Source: an uncultured Phycisphaerales bacterium (GTDB taxonomy: Bacteria; Planctomycetota; Phycisphaerae; Tepidisphaerales; Tepidisphaeraceae). Taken from it: a stretch of 64,000 nucleotides of DNA. Position 1 is the stretch's first letter, and the number at the start of each line of letters is the position of its first letter. The notes beneath the pieces are model-generated. The model was not told where the DNA came from. It made no database searches and was given only the letters and a program-made list of their open reading frames with translations. This document shows positions 20,190-29,804 of this stretch, piece after piece. Both the position numbers and the translations under genes were made by a program. The DNA lies in assembly GCA_963755915.1 (NCBI GenBank), contig CAVWLP010000002.1, positions 4,320,001 to 4,384,000 of the forward strand, in the 5' to 3' direction.

Positions 20190-21701
20190 ATGCGCCAAAG
20201 AATCGCGGTGGTCATCATCGGGTTATTCGTTGTCGCTCACGCATTCGCTGATTTACCAGCGCCGGCGACGCAGCCGGGTACAAATGCCGATCTGGACGAG
20301 TTGTCACGTCCTGGATCAATTCTGGTCGTGCGCTGGGATGCACTTCTTGACGACCAGACCGCAGCGGCGATTCAAGCGCTGGGAACCGTGCAGCAATCCC
20401 AGAGCACGGTTTATCAGGCGATGACGGTAAGCGCTAACGATCTGCGAAACGCACTCGCCCAGGCGCGCTTGCGCAAGGGGGTGCTGGCCACCGGGCACGC
20501 GGTGGATTTCGGAAAGTCGGAACCCGGCGACAATCAACTGAAGATCGGCCAGCCGCTCACCGTGCAACTGGTCGTTCGAAAGCCCAGGCGCATGACGCTT
20601 CAGAGCGACTGGTCCGGCTTCGATAGCTTTGATCCTCCCGATCGGAACAGCATTCACATCGTGCTGAACCACGCGAATCTCGGGCTGCGACTTGAGGAAC
20701 AGCCGCAACAGGCCAGCCCAGCAACGGAGCCGAGCGAGCAGTCGATCATGTACGACGGCCGCCTCAAGCCGGGTGAAGCACTGGCGTTTCTGGGGACATT
20801 CACGGACGCATCCGGGACGAGTTATCATCACCTCCTCGTCTGGGAGGCGTTCCGTGCCGAGGGGTGGGAAGCTCCAAATATCGGCAGCGGAGGCTCGGGT
20901 ATCACGACTGACTGGTGGATCAAATACGGCCCGGCCAAACTGCGCTCGCTCGCGGATGTCGCTGCGGTCTGGGCGTCGCGGGCCAAGCACGCGCCGGAGG
21001 ATCCGCCCGCGGCCTATTCGGTGCTTCTAGATAACGGCGCCGGCGTGCGGCTCCTGGGTTTCTGCGAGCCGAGCAAATTTAACTTCTGCTGGTGGGACCC
21101 GGCAGGAGATCCGATTGACGCACCGATGCATATAGGGCTGCAAAGTAATAGTCAGCGAAGCCCATACTCGTATGCAATAGAGGTTCGCGGCTCGACGACG
21201 GAGCCGGAGACGCCGCTGGCGCCCGCGATGGGCGAGCAAGGGGACGCGGATTGGAAGCTGAGCGTAATGGGACTTCGGACTTTGCACCAGATTGAAGCCA
21301 TTGTGGGCGTGGGGCCGTGGAAACAGGTTGGCGAATTGAATTTCGATAAGCCGCTCACTGTTGATAGCGTCACCTACAAAATGACGACACCAGGCGGCGA
21401 TTGGTTGAACCTCGTTACTCTGCATCGGAGTTTGTCGAGCGATGACCTAATGACGGTAACGGTCGTTTCCATCGATGGGAAGGAAATCCGGCCGGTCTGG
21501 ACGGACTGTGGCGGGGAAGAGGGGGACATGGATTTCTCCGACCCCCGGCGGAGCAAAGTGAAAACGTTTCATCTCTGGTTGCGCAAGGGGCACGTCGTGA
21601 CGTTCGCAAATTTCGCCCTGTCACCCAACGTCAGACCACCGATCACGGTCACGCGCGATGAGGTTTTGGCCGCCACCAAGAATCCCCAACCGGTGCGTTG
21701 A
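20190..21701 (+). CDS. Hypothetical secreted protein
   Basis: 503-aa ORF, RBS GAGG, signal peptide ending AHAFA, PATQP motif; no family recognised. Confidence 0.75.
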   Translation: MRQRIAVVIIGLFVVAHAFADLPAPATQPGTNADLDELSRPGSILVVRWDALLDDQTAAAIQALGTVQQSQSTVYQAMTVSANDLRNALAQARLRKGVLATGHAVDFGKSEPGDNQLKIGQPLTVQLVVRKPRRMTLQSDWSGFDSFDPPDRNSIHIVLNHANLGLRLEEQPQQASPATEPSEQSIMYDGRLKPGEALAFLGTFTDASGTSYHHLLVWEAFRAEGWEAPNIGSGGSGITTDWWIKYGPAKLRSLADVAAVWASRAKHAPEDPPAAYSVLLDNGAGVRLLGFCEPSKFNFCWWDPAGDPIDAPMHIGLQSNSQRSPYSYAIEVRGSTTEPETPLAPAMGEQGDADWKLSVMGLRTLHQIEAIVGVGPWKQVGELNFDKPLTVDSVTYKMTTPGGDWLNLVTLHRSLSSDDLMTVTVVSIDGKEIRPVWTDCGGEEGDMDFSDPRRSKVKTFHLWLRKGHVVTFANFALSPNVRPPITVTRDEVLAATKNPQPVR

Positions 21702-21799
21702 TCGAATCGCGAATCGCGGATTAGTCACCCGTTTCCGGGAAAATTTGCAAGACATAACTCTCCCGGACCTTCAAATTCCAAGTTTCGAATTTTACAGGG

Positions 21800-21835
21800 C
21801 GATATCATCGATATCATTGATATCAACGATATCAC
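21800..21835. repeat. Tandem 9-bp repeat (4 x nGATATCAn)
   Basis: cgatatcat cgatatcat tgatatcaa cgatatcac in the gap between convergent genes. Confidence 0.75.
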
Positions 21836-21989
21836 GAAAACCCGTACTCCATTATCCCCATCTCCCCCATTTTGTTGCCGACTGTAAAGTTTTGTATTGA
21901 AAGGTCCAAAACCAAAACACAATGCCGGCCAGAGGCAAATGATTTCTCAGCGCTCTCCGCATCTCCGCGGTGAGCCCAAAATCCCCTCC

Positions 21990-23234
21990 TCACTTCCGAT
22001 CGATCATCTCCCCCCACTTCAATTCCAATTCCCCCCGAAGCGCTTCCAGCCGATCATCCGGCAACCCCGAAATGTCCAAATCGGAATCCCCAACCCGCCG
22101 CTCCAAACCCCTTACATACGCTTCCAGCATCTCCCGCGAACCGGCCGGCTTTCCCGCCCCGCACGCCTCCGCGGCCGCGTCCATCAGCGGGGTCGTGTCG
22201 CCAAATAGATCCGCCCCCACATGCCAGATCATGATTCCGCCGCAATTCAAACCCGCCGCATACAGGCATTTCGCCCGCACCGACTCCGGCGTTTCAAAAA
22301 CCACGACTTGCCCTCCCCCCCGCCGGACTAGGTACGCCGCCGTCGCCTTCGCATCCCAGAGCTGCGCATAGTTCCCGGCATGCAGCAGACACATCGCCCC
22401 CGCATAACTGAGATCCTTCACCCACCCCTTCTGGTTCGCGGGAAAACGATCGCCGATGTGATCCACCGAAAACCGCATCCCCCAAAAGCTCATCCCCAGC
22501 AGCAGCTTGCCTGGCGGGACGTGATGGTTCTCAATCAGGTTCCTCATCCCCTCCGCCACCGAAAGCTCTCGCTGCGGCTCATAATCGCCCGGCGGAAAGA
22601 GGTTCTCGCAAAAGGCCGCCCTGCCACCCCAGCTTCCGCTGAAGTCGTAGGCCATCACGTTCACGTAGTCGACGTTCCGGACGATGCGATCCCAGTCGAA
22701 ATGCCCCACCCAATAGTCGCTGGTCCCCAGCGCGGTGGTGATAATCTGCGTTGGGAATCGCGCCCGGAGATTTGCCAGAAATGAGGTAAAGGCAACCCCA
22801 TCCTGAGAATTAGTCGCCGACGGCTCCCAGTCGATGTCGAAGCCGTCGTATTCATGCTGGTTCAGCAGCTTCGCCAGATCCGTGCAAAAGCGCTGGAAGA
22901 ATTCCGGATGCCGGGCGATCGAGAGCCAGTTGTCGGCATTGCGGGCCTCGCCGCCCAGGGAGATGAGCAGCTTCACGCCATGCGCTCGCGCCGCCGATTC
23001 CAGCGATGGATTGAAAAAGCCTTCCGGCGCTTCGACCTGGCCATCCTCCCGCGGCACCAGAAACGCCCGGGCCAGATGCGTCAGCCCATCAAAGTCATAA
23101 CACTGCGCCGGAAAATCCGCATCCGCCCAGCTCGCCGAATAACCGAGCACCACACGATCCGGCTTCCCCCACGCTCCGCTGGCCAAAAGCGCCGTCACTG
23201 CCGTCGCGATCAGCACGTGGGCGAAGATCCTCAT
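21990..23234 (-). CDS. Secreted GH18 glycoside hydrolase (chitinase-like)
   Basis: Signal peptide; KLLISLGG, YDGFDIDWEP (DxDxE), VNVMAYDF, GGIMIWH. Confidence 0.9.
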   Translation of the reverse strand: MRIFAHVLIATAVTALLASGAWGKPDRVVLGYSASWADADFPAQCYDFDGLTHLARAFLVPREDGQVEAPEGFFNPSLESAARAHGVKLLISLGGEARNADNWLSIARHPEFFQRFCTDLAKLLNQHEYDGFDIDWEPSATNSQDGVAFTSFLANLRARFPTQIITTALGTSDYWVGHFDWDRIVRNVDYVNVMAYDFSGSWGGRAAFCENLFPPGDYEPQRELSVAEGMRNLIENHHVPPGKLLLGMSFWGMRFSVDHIGDRFPANQKGWVKDLSYAGAMCLLHAGNYAQLWDAKATAAYLVRRGGGQVVVFETPESVRAKCLYAAGLNCGGIMIWHVGADLFGDTTPLMDAAAEACGAGKPAGSREMLEAYVRGLERRVGDSDLDISGLPDDRLEALRGELELKWGEMIDRK

Positions 23235-24808
23235 CGTTTTTCGCCGGTGGTTCCCACCAGGTAATTCTTCGCCACCGCATTGAATTCCGCCACTTCCCGT
23301 TCCTCCCAGGCCGCATCCTTCATCAACTCCGCGGCCATGATTCGCGCCGCCTGCGGCGCCATCGCGATTGCCGCCCGCGCGTCTAGGAATAGCGCCCGCG
23401 TCCGCCGGGCCAGGACATCCTCCACCTTCCGCGCCATTTCCTGCCTGACGGCCCAGACCACTTGCGCTCCGACGATCGGCAGCCGATCATGCAGCCGTTT
23501 TCCCAGCTCCGCATTCTTCTTCACGATCTCCCCGATCTCTTCCGCGTCGGCGCCATAAAAACCCAGGTCCGCAATTGGCTCTGGATGATCGCAATACCCA
23601 TGAATGCGAAGCTCGCGCGTGGCGCACGGCCGCTCGTCGAGCATCGCCAGCGTCGCCGCCTGGTCGACGCAATCCTCGGCCATTTTGCGGTAGGTCGTCC
23701 ACTTCCCGCCGGCGATCGAAAGAAGCCCCGATTTGGAAACATCGATCGTGTGTTCGCGCGAAAGTCTTGCGGTCTTTTCGCCGCCGCTCTTCACCAGCGG
23801 GCGAATGCCGGCGAAGACGCTGAGAATGTCGTCGCGTGTCGGCCGCCTGGCGAGATATTGCGCCGCCGTCTCCAGAATAAAATCGATTTCCTCGCTCATC
23901 GCCACCGGCTCCAGGCTTACCTCTGAGATCGGCGTATCCGTCGTCCCCAGCAGGGCATGATCGTGCCAGGGAATTGCAAACATCACACGCCCATCGCTGG
24001 TGCGCGGCACCATGATGGCGGCATCCCCGCCCAGAAACGAACGATCCAGCACCACGTGCACGCCCTGGCTCGGCGCGACCAGCGCCGCGCTGGCGGGATC
24101 ATCCATCCGCCGCACCGCGTCCCCAAACGCACCGGTTGCGTTGATGACCACCCGCGCTCCGCTGGCATGACGGTATCCGGTTTCCAGATCCTCCCACTCG
24201 ACTCCATTCAGAATCCCATCGCCGCCGCGGGCGAATTTGACCACCCGCGCATAATTCACCAGCGCGGCCCCTTCGCTTTCCGCAGTTTGTGCGAGGCCGA
24301 TGAGTAATCTCGAATCGTCGAACTGACCGTCGTAATAAAGGACGCCGCCGCGCAGGCCTTCTTCATCCAGCGCGGGAATATGGCCGAGCACTTCCTCTTT
24401 GCTCAAGAGCCGGGAATGGCCGAAACCATATTTGCCGGCGAGCAGGTCATACACCTTCATCCCCACGCCATAAAACGGCGCTTCCCACCAGGTGTAATTC
24501 GGGACGACGAAGGCCAGATCGTGGACGAGGTGCGGGGCGTTGTTGCGCAGAATCCCGCGTTCTTTCAGCGCCTCCATCACCAGCGCGACATTCCCCTGCT
24601 GCAAATATCTGACGCCGCCATGGACCAGTTTCGTCGACCGGCTCGAAGTCCCCTTGCCAAAATCGCTCTGCTCAAAGAGGCAAACCGAATACCCCCGCGA
24701 AGCGGCATCGACTGCGATTCCCACTCCCGTCGCCCCGCCGCCAATGACGGCCATGTCCCAGGGATCTTTGCGATCCAGAATACGTTTCAGCGAGCGATTG
24801 CGATCCAT
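23231..24808 (-). CDS. glpD: FAD-dependent glycerol-3-phosphate dehydrogenase/oxidase
   Basis: IGGGATG...GTSSRSTKLVHGGVRYL...YYDGQFDD...GTTD...FAGIRPL...GGKWTTYRKMAE. Confidence 0.9.
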   Translation of the reverse strand: MDRNRSLKRILDRKDPWDMAVIGGGATGVGIAVDAASRGYSVCLFEQSDFGKGTSSRSTKLVHGGVRYLQQGNVALVMEALKERGILRNNAPHLVHDLAFVVPNYTWWEAPFYGVGMKVYDLLAGKYGFGHSRLLSKEEVLGHIPALDEEGLRGGVLYYDGQFDDSRLLIGLAQTAESEGAALVNYARVVKFARGGDGILNGVEWEDLETGYRHASGARVVINATGAFGDAVRRMDDPASAALVAPSQGVHVVLDRSFLGGDAAIMVPRTSDGRVMFAIPWHDHALLGTTDTPISEVSLEPVAMSEEIDFILETAAQYLARRPTRDDILSVFAGIRPLVKSGGEKTARLSREHTIDVSKSGLLSIAGGKWTTYRKMAEDCVDQAATLAMLDERPCATRELRIHGYCDHPEPIADLGFYGADAEEIGEIVKKNAELGKRLHDRLPIVGAQVVWAVRQEMARKVEDVLARRTRALFLDARAAIAMAPQAARIMAAELMKDAAWEEREVAEFNAVAKNYLVGTTGEKR

Positions 24809-24827
24809 GTTGATCCCGTTGTGTGAT

Positions 24828-26408
24828 CTACCTCCCGCGCGATTCCCCGCAACCGACTTCCGTTCCCGACTCACCGGGAGCATAACCCCGCACCGCCATC
24901 TCCAGCATCACCCCATCCGCCGGCTTCGTCGAAACGCCGACCTTGGCCTCACATCCATCCTGAATCGCCCGGAACTTAAAGAGCTTCACAAACGCTCCCA
25001 CCACCAGCGCGACTTCCAATTGCCCGAGGTTCTTCCCCGGGCAGAATCTCGGGCCGTGCCCAAATCCAAAATGCAGAAGCTCACCCGATCCATGATCGTG
25101 TGCCCCGAGTTTCTCCCAACGCTCCGGGACAAATTTGTCGGCAGGATGTCCGGTCACGGAAACGCCCCAGTGATCCTCATGCCGGTTTGCGTGCCACACA
25201 TCCAGCAGAATATGCGTGCCGGCGGGAATCTTCAATTGATTCCCCGCGACGGTTTTTACCCAGCAATCGACGGTCGCCCGGCGCGGCAGAAAATAAAGCG
25301 CCGGCGTCAGCCGAAGCGTCTCGTTCAACACGCAACCCAGGAATTTCGCCTTCTCAAGATTCTCCGGCGTAAACCGCTCCACGTCCTTCACTTCCTCAAA
25401 CACCCGCTCCTGCGCGCCCGGCGAATTCCCCAGATGATGAATCGCCCAGGCGGCGTACGATGTGGTCGCCTCCAGCGCCCCGGCCAGAAAGACGCGGATG
25501 TTTCCCCGCAGCGCCTCATCCGGCGCATCTGATTTGAATTGCTTCCACAGCCTCTTTCCCTCTTTTCGGGGGGCGAGCACCAGATCGGTCAGGCGCTCAA
25601 AATCGGCGTAAGACTCCTTAATCTCGGCGATCCGCCGGGTAAACGACGGCACTGCGCGGATCGGAATTCCGAGCTTGTTCAAAACCGTGTCTCTCACAAT
25701 ATGATCGATCACCCGCTCCAGGGCCGGCACAAAGCGGTTCCTGATTTCGTCATAGGAAATCTCCGCCCCGAAGAAATTGTTCGCCAGCATCTCCAGCATG
25801 ACGGCCTTGATCTCGCCTTCAACCTGCACGCGCGCCGTCGGCGTTGCCGGGCCCAGGCTTTGCTTCAACGCCTCCAGCCGCTGGCCCACGGTCTCCCGGA
25901 ATGTTTCCTCGAACTGTTCGAATTGATCGGGCTTGAACAGCGTTCCCCGCGCGAATGGGGGGCCAGTGAAGCGCTTCTGGCGCTTCCACACCGAGCCGTT
26001 GGCATACAAAAGCGTGTCGACGCCCGTCGCCCGCGCGATCCCCTTGGTCGGCAGCGTGTCGCGATCGAATTGGCCCGGCACATCGCCCGTCTCGGTCGCG
26101 ATCGCGCGAATGACCGCGGGATCCCTCGTCACCAGCACCGGCGTAAACCCCGGCACTTCGAGATAGCGGTTGTGCCGCGCCGATCGCTCTTCCGATTCGG
26201 CGCCCCAGAAAAACGATTCCAATATCCGCAGTGGCTGCCGGTAATTCCAGGGATGCGGAAAGGGCAGCGTCGGCCGCCCGCTGGGGCCGAGCAGCAGGGG
26301 AACGCGCCCTGGCTTGATCTCCCCCTCAAACGGGCTCACCCCGGCCAACTGCCGCGGCAGGCGCACGAGGCGCCGATAGCCCGGTAGATTCTCGATCCAT
26401 TTGCCCAT
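24828..26408 (-). CDS. Cytochrome P450
   Basis: ETLR (ExxR), FVPERW, heme motif FGFGHGPRFCPG. Confidence 0.92.
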   Translation of the reverse strand: MGKWIENLPGYRRLVRLPRQLAGVSPFEGEIKPGRVPLLLGPSGRPTLPFPHPWNYRQPLRILESFFWGAESEERSARHNRYLEVPGFTPVLVTRDPAVIRAIATETGDVPGQFDRDTLPTKGIARATGVDTLLYANGSVWKRQKRFTGPPFARGTLFKPDQFEQFEETFRETVGQRLEALKQSLGPATPTARVQVEGEIKAVMLEMLANNFFGAEISYDEIRNRFVPALERVIDHIVRDTVLNKLGIPIRAVPSFTRRIAEIKESYADFERLTDLVLAPRKEGKRLWKQFKSDAPDEALRGNIRVFLAGALEATTSYAAWAIHHLGNSPGAQERVFEEVKDVERFTPENLEKAKFLGCVLNETLRLTPALYFLPRRATVDCWVKTVAGNQLKIPAGTHILLDVWHANRHEDHWGVSVTGHPADKFVPERWEKLGAHDHGSGELLHFGFGHGPRFCPGKNLGQLEVALVVGAFVKLFKFRAIQDGCEAKVGVSTKPADGVMLEMAVRGYAPGESGTEVGCGESRGR

Positions 26409-26429
26409 GCCTTCACCCTGCCCGGTCCG

Positions 26430-27110
26430 TCAGCTTCCGGCGTGCCGATCGGCTGTCAATAGTCTATCAGCGCGATCCGAATCCTTCCCGAAATCGGCTC
26501 CGCCTCGAACGATGCCGATGCAGCCGGCCCCGACCGCCAGCCCGCCCAGAACGTCAATAAAATGATGCTGATAGGTCAACAGCGTCGAGGCAACGATCAG
26601 AACAAACCACAGCAAAAGCACTACACGCAAAATCCGTGGGCCGCGCCGAAGATAGACGTTCGCCACAATAACGCAGAAGGCCACGTGCAATGACGGGAAT
26701 TCATTGAAGGGCCTGTCGAACCCGTGCAACGCATCGAAAAGCGGGCGGAACGCTCCACGAACCTGCGGCACAGGAAACGCAAACCGCAGGGGGATGACCA
26801 TGAAGCACACGCCCGAAATGAGCATTGCTAAAACGACTCGCTTCGCGAAGATCCTCAACTCTCGCTCTGATTTCGCCAAAAAAGGCGCCCCGACAAAGAA
26901 AAGATTGATGGAGGCGTACGGAATGATGAAGGCCGGCACAAACGGAATCGACTTTTCCCACCCAAAATAGAAACTCGAAACGTGCCCGCGCCGGCTGGCG
27001 AGCGAATTGCACAGGGGATAAACGATGAAGAAGAGCGCCGACAGTCCCGCGGCTGTCGCCGCTGGCTTCCACACAATCAATCCGTCTCGACGCTCGGTTG
27101 AGCGATGCAT
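26430..27110 (-). CDS. PAP2/IPT1-like membrane phosphatase or phosphotransferase
   Basis: WEKSIPFVP, FNEFPSLHVA and STLLTYQHHFIDV; several TM helices. Confidence 0.8.
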   Translation of the reverse strand: MHRSTERRDGLIVWKPAATAAGLSALFFIVYPLCNSLASRRGHVSSFYFGWEKSIPFVPAFIIPYASINLFFVGAPFLAKSERELRIFAKRVVLAMLISGVCFMVIPLRFAFPVPQVRGAFRPLFDALHGFDRPFNEFPSLHVAFCVIVANVYLRRGPRILRVVLLLWFVLIVASTLLTYQHHFIDVLGGLAVGAGCIGIVRGGADFGKDSDRADRLLTADRHAGS

Positions 27111-27241
27111 CGCATACTCCCACGCACCCGCGTTCTCATACCTTAACCCCTACAACCGTCGCCACCAAAACCCCCAGCCCACCGGGTTCCGTTCACAACC
27201 CACAATTGGCAATCGGCAATTGCCCCCCTATCCTCCCTCTC

Positions 27242-28042
27242 ATGGGCGTCATCGTCGCCGACAACCTTGTCAAAACATTCGGCGATCTCACTGCCGTCGC
27301 CGGCGTTTCCTTCGACGTGCAGGCGGGTGAGATTTTCGCTTTTCTCGGTCCCAACGGCGCTGGCAAGACCACCACCATCAAAATCCTCACCACGCTCCTT
27401 CGCCCCACTTCCGGCAGCGTCCAGCTCGACGGCCTCGATCCCGCCACCCAGCAGAATGAAGTGCGCAAGCGATTTGGAATCGTTTTCCAGGATCCCACGC
27501 TCGACGACGAGCTGACCGCCTTCGAAAATATGGATTTCCACGGCGTGCTCTACAAGATGCCGCGCAAACACCGACGCGAGCGCATCGAGCAATTGCTCAA
27601 GCTCTTCGATCTATGGGACCGGCGCGACGATCGCGTGAAAACCTTCTCAGGCGGTATGCGCCGCCGTCTCGAAGCGGCCCGCGGACTACTCCATTCCCCT
27701 AAAATCCTCTTCCTTGATGAGCCGACGCTTGGCCTCGACCCGCAAACGCGCAACCAGCTCTGGGCTCAGGTCCGCGCTCTCAACGAACAGGAAGGCGTCA
27801 CCGTTTTCCTCACCACGCATTACATGGAAGAAGCCGACCGCGTCGCCCACAGGATCGCGATCATCGACCACGGCAAAATCGTCGCCCAGGGCTCGCCCGC
27901 GGAATTGAAGCAGCAGACGCAGTCGCAAACGCTTGAGGAAGCTTTCCTCGCCCTGACCGGATCATCGATCCGCGAAGAACAGGCGAGCGGACTGGACCGG
28001 ATGCGCAATATGCGAAGGATGTTTCGAGGCGGGCGATCATGA
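27242..28042 (+). CDS. ABC exporter ATP-binding subunit (DrrA-like)
   Basis: GPNGAGKTT, FSGGMRRRL, LFLDEPT, TTHYMEEA. Confidence 0.92.
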   Translation: MGVIVADNLVKTFGDLTAVAGVSFDVQAGEIFAFLGPNGAGKTTTIKILTTLLRPTSGSVQLDGLDPATQQNEVRKRFGIVFQDPTLDDELTAFENMDFHGVLYKMPRKHRRERIEQLLKLFDLWDRRDDRVKTFSGGMRRRLEAARGLLHSPKILFLDEPTLGLDPQTRNQLWAQVRALNEQEGVTVFLTTHYMEEADRVAHRIAIIDHGKIVAQGSPAELKQQTQSQTLEEAFLALTGSSIREEQASGLDRMRNMRRMFRGGRS

Positions 28043-28784
28043 GCGTCATCTATATCCTCTGGCTTCGTCAGCTCAAGCGCTACAGCCGCTCGCGGCCGCG
28101 GATCATTGCCTCGCTGGGCCAGCCGCTGCTTTTCCTCGTCGCCCTCGGCTTCGGGCTGGGGCCGGTCTTCAAAAAAGCGGGGCAGGGAAATTACATCCAG
28201 TTCCTCGCGCCGGGAATCATCGCGATGACGGTTTTGTTCACGTCCGTCTTCTCCGGGATCGAACTGATCTGGGACCGGCAGTTCGGATTCCTCAAAGAAA
28301 CCCTCGTGGCCCCCGTCCCGAGGATTCTGATCATGCTGGGCCGCACGCTTGGCGGGGCGACGGTCGCCATGATTCAGGGAGCGATTGTGGTGGTGGTGTG
28401 TTTGATCGCGGGGTTCAGGCCGCACAACTTCGCCATGTTCCCCGCGGCGATTATTTTTCTGGCCCTGATCGCGATCCTGTTCACGGCCGTGGGGACGGCC
28501 ATCGCTTCCCTGCTTTCAGATTTCCAGGGGTTTCAGTTGGTGATGAACTTTCTGGTGATGCCGATGTTTTTTCTGTCGGGAGCACTGTTTCCGCTCAAGA
28601 CGGTGCCGCGGCGCTGGAGGTGGTGGCGTCGATCGATCCGCTGACGTACGGGGTGGACGGGTTGCGCAGGGCGCTGATTGGCGCGTTTTACTACGGGCTA
28701 TTCACCGACATGGCGATTCTTTCGCTTGTTGCAGCGCTGATGCTTTCGATCGGGGCGTATCTGTTTTCGCGGATACAGCTTTAA
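28039..28784 (+). CDS. ABC-2 exporter permease (DrrB-like); frameshift near 28608
   Basis: DRQFGFLKETLVAPV, FFLSGALFP, then IDPLTYGVDGLR in the shifted frame; ATGA overlap with the ATPase gene. Confidence 0.88.
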
Positions 28785-28793
28785 AAGCTGATT

Positions 28794-28853
28794 TCGCGCG
28801 GAGGTGCGGAGGCAGGAATTCTCCCGCTCAGCGAGCTCTGCGCCTCTGCGCGA
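28794..28853. repeat. Palindromic element between convergent genes (same family as 19964; possible terminator role)
   Basis: tcgcgcggaggtgcggag ... ctctgcgcctctgcgcga; the 3 mismatches are G-U compatible. Confidence 0.7.
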
Positions 28854-29513
28854 TCAAGCTCTTCCGATCACCGGCACCGATCCGCATTCCGGGCAGCGCT
28901 GTGGTGTCATTCGCAGGTCATAGCCGCAGTTCAGGCAGACTCCCTTTGCTCTCGTCACCAGCGGGATGCGTGCGTAAATCCGCCAGAGGATCAGAAGTCC
29001 AATCACGCTCAGGCAAGCCACCGGAAACCAGCAGGGCGTGGCCCATACCCGGCAGTCGACGCCATCGGTCGCGTTCTGAATGACCGGGACGGCGACGCCG
29101 TGACTGATGTTCAATTTCGCTACATAAGGAATATACGTCAGGGAATACAACCGCGCGCCTTGATCGACGGGCCACGGCCTGAATCGCACCTGGGGAATTC
29201 GGTAGGGAACAGCAAGCTTTCTCGCATCCGTTTCCATAACGGGGACTTGCACGGTCAGGAGTGGCGATCCCGTCGATATCTCACGCGTATCGAAGCGAAT
29301 GAGCTTGCTATACCTGGCAACAATCCACTGCACGCTTCCATGGTCACAGCGCAGGCAATATCGCTCATGCAGCGTCAAGTGCGCTTCAAGAGGATGTTGG
29401 AAACCGCGAATCCAGGCGACGATGAGTCCGACGCCAGCTACGAGTACAACGCGAAGAAGAATACGTTGGATTCCCGTCGCCGCGCGGCGCATGTTGTGCA
29501 ATGGGCGGTCCAT
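28854..29513 (-). CDS. Two-TM hypothetical protein with C-terminal zinc ribbon
   Basis: Two hydrophobic segments and CLNCGYDLRMTPQRCPECG. Confidence 0.75.
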   Translation of the reverse strand: MDRPLHNMRRAATGIQRILLRVVLVAGVGLIVAWIRGFQHPLEAHLTLHERYCLRCDHGSVQWIVARYSKLIRFDTREISTGSPLLTVQVPVMETDARKLAVPYRIPQVRFRPWPVDQGARLYSLTYIPYVAKLNISHGVAVPVIQNATDGVDCRVWATPCWFPVACLSVIGLLILWRIYARIPLVTRAKGVCLNCGYDLRMTPQRCPECGSVPVIGRA

Positions 29514-29707
29514 CGGGACATTAGTTTACCTACCCGGCGCAGTGGAGAAGAGGGAACGAAACATCTGAAAAGCGGGCGGCTTTTTCGTTACGGGAGCCCT
29601 CAGCCTGATAGTAGAAGCGGCGTCCTCGCCGCTTGGGGCGGGAAAGCGGCGGGACGCCGCTTCTACGGGGGTCGATTTGCGGCCGGGGATATTCTATAAT
29701 TCGCTTC

Positions 29708-29760
29708 GGGTGTGGACATTCGCTTGAATGCTCCGCAGGCGTCGGAATGGTCGGGCCGCC
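29708..29760 (+). ncRNA. nhaA-I motif (Li+-I riboswitch)-like leader
   Basis: GGGTG-[hairpin tggacattc-gctt-gaatgctccg]-CAGG-N-GGTCGGGCCGCC, starting 7 nt after TATAAT (29695-29700) and upstream of an ion transporter. Matches the nhaA-I consensus as I recall it. Confidence 0.72.
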
Positions 29761-29804
29761 ATTTCTCAGTCGGCTTTTGCCGGTCAATTCGCCAGAGGCT
29801 AGCG

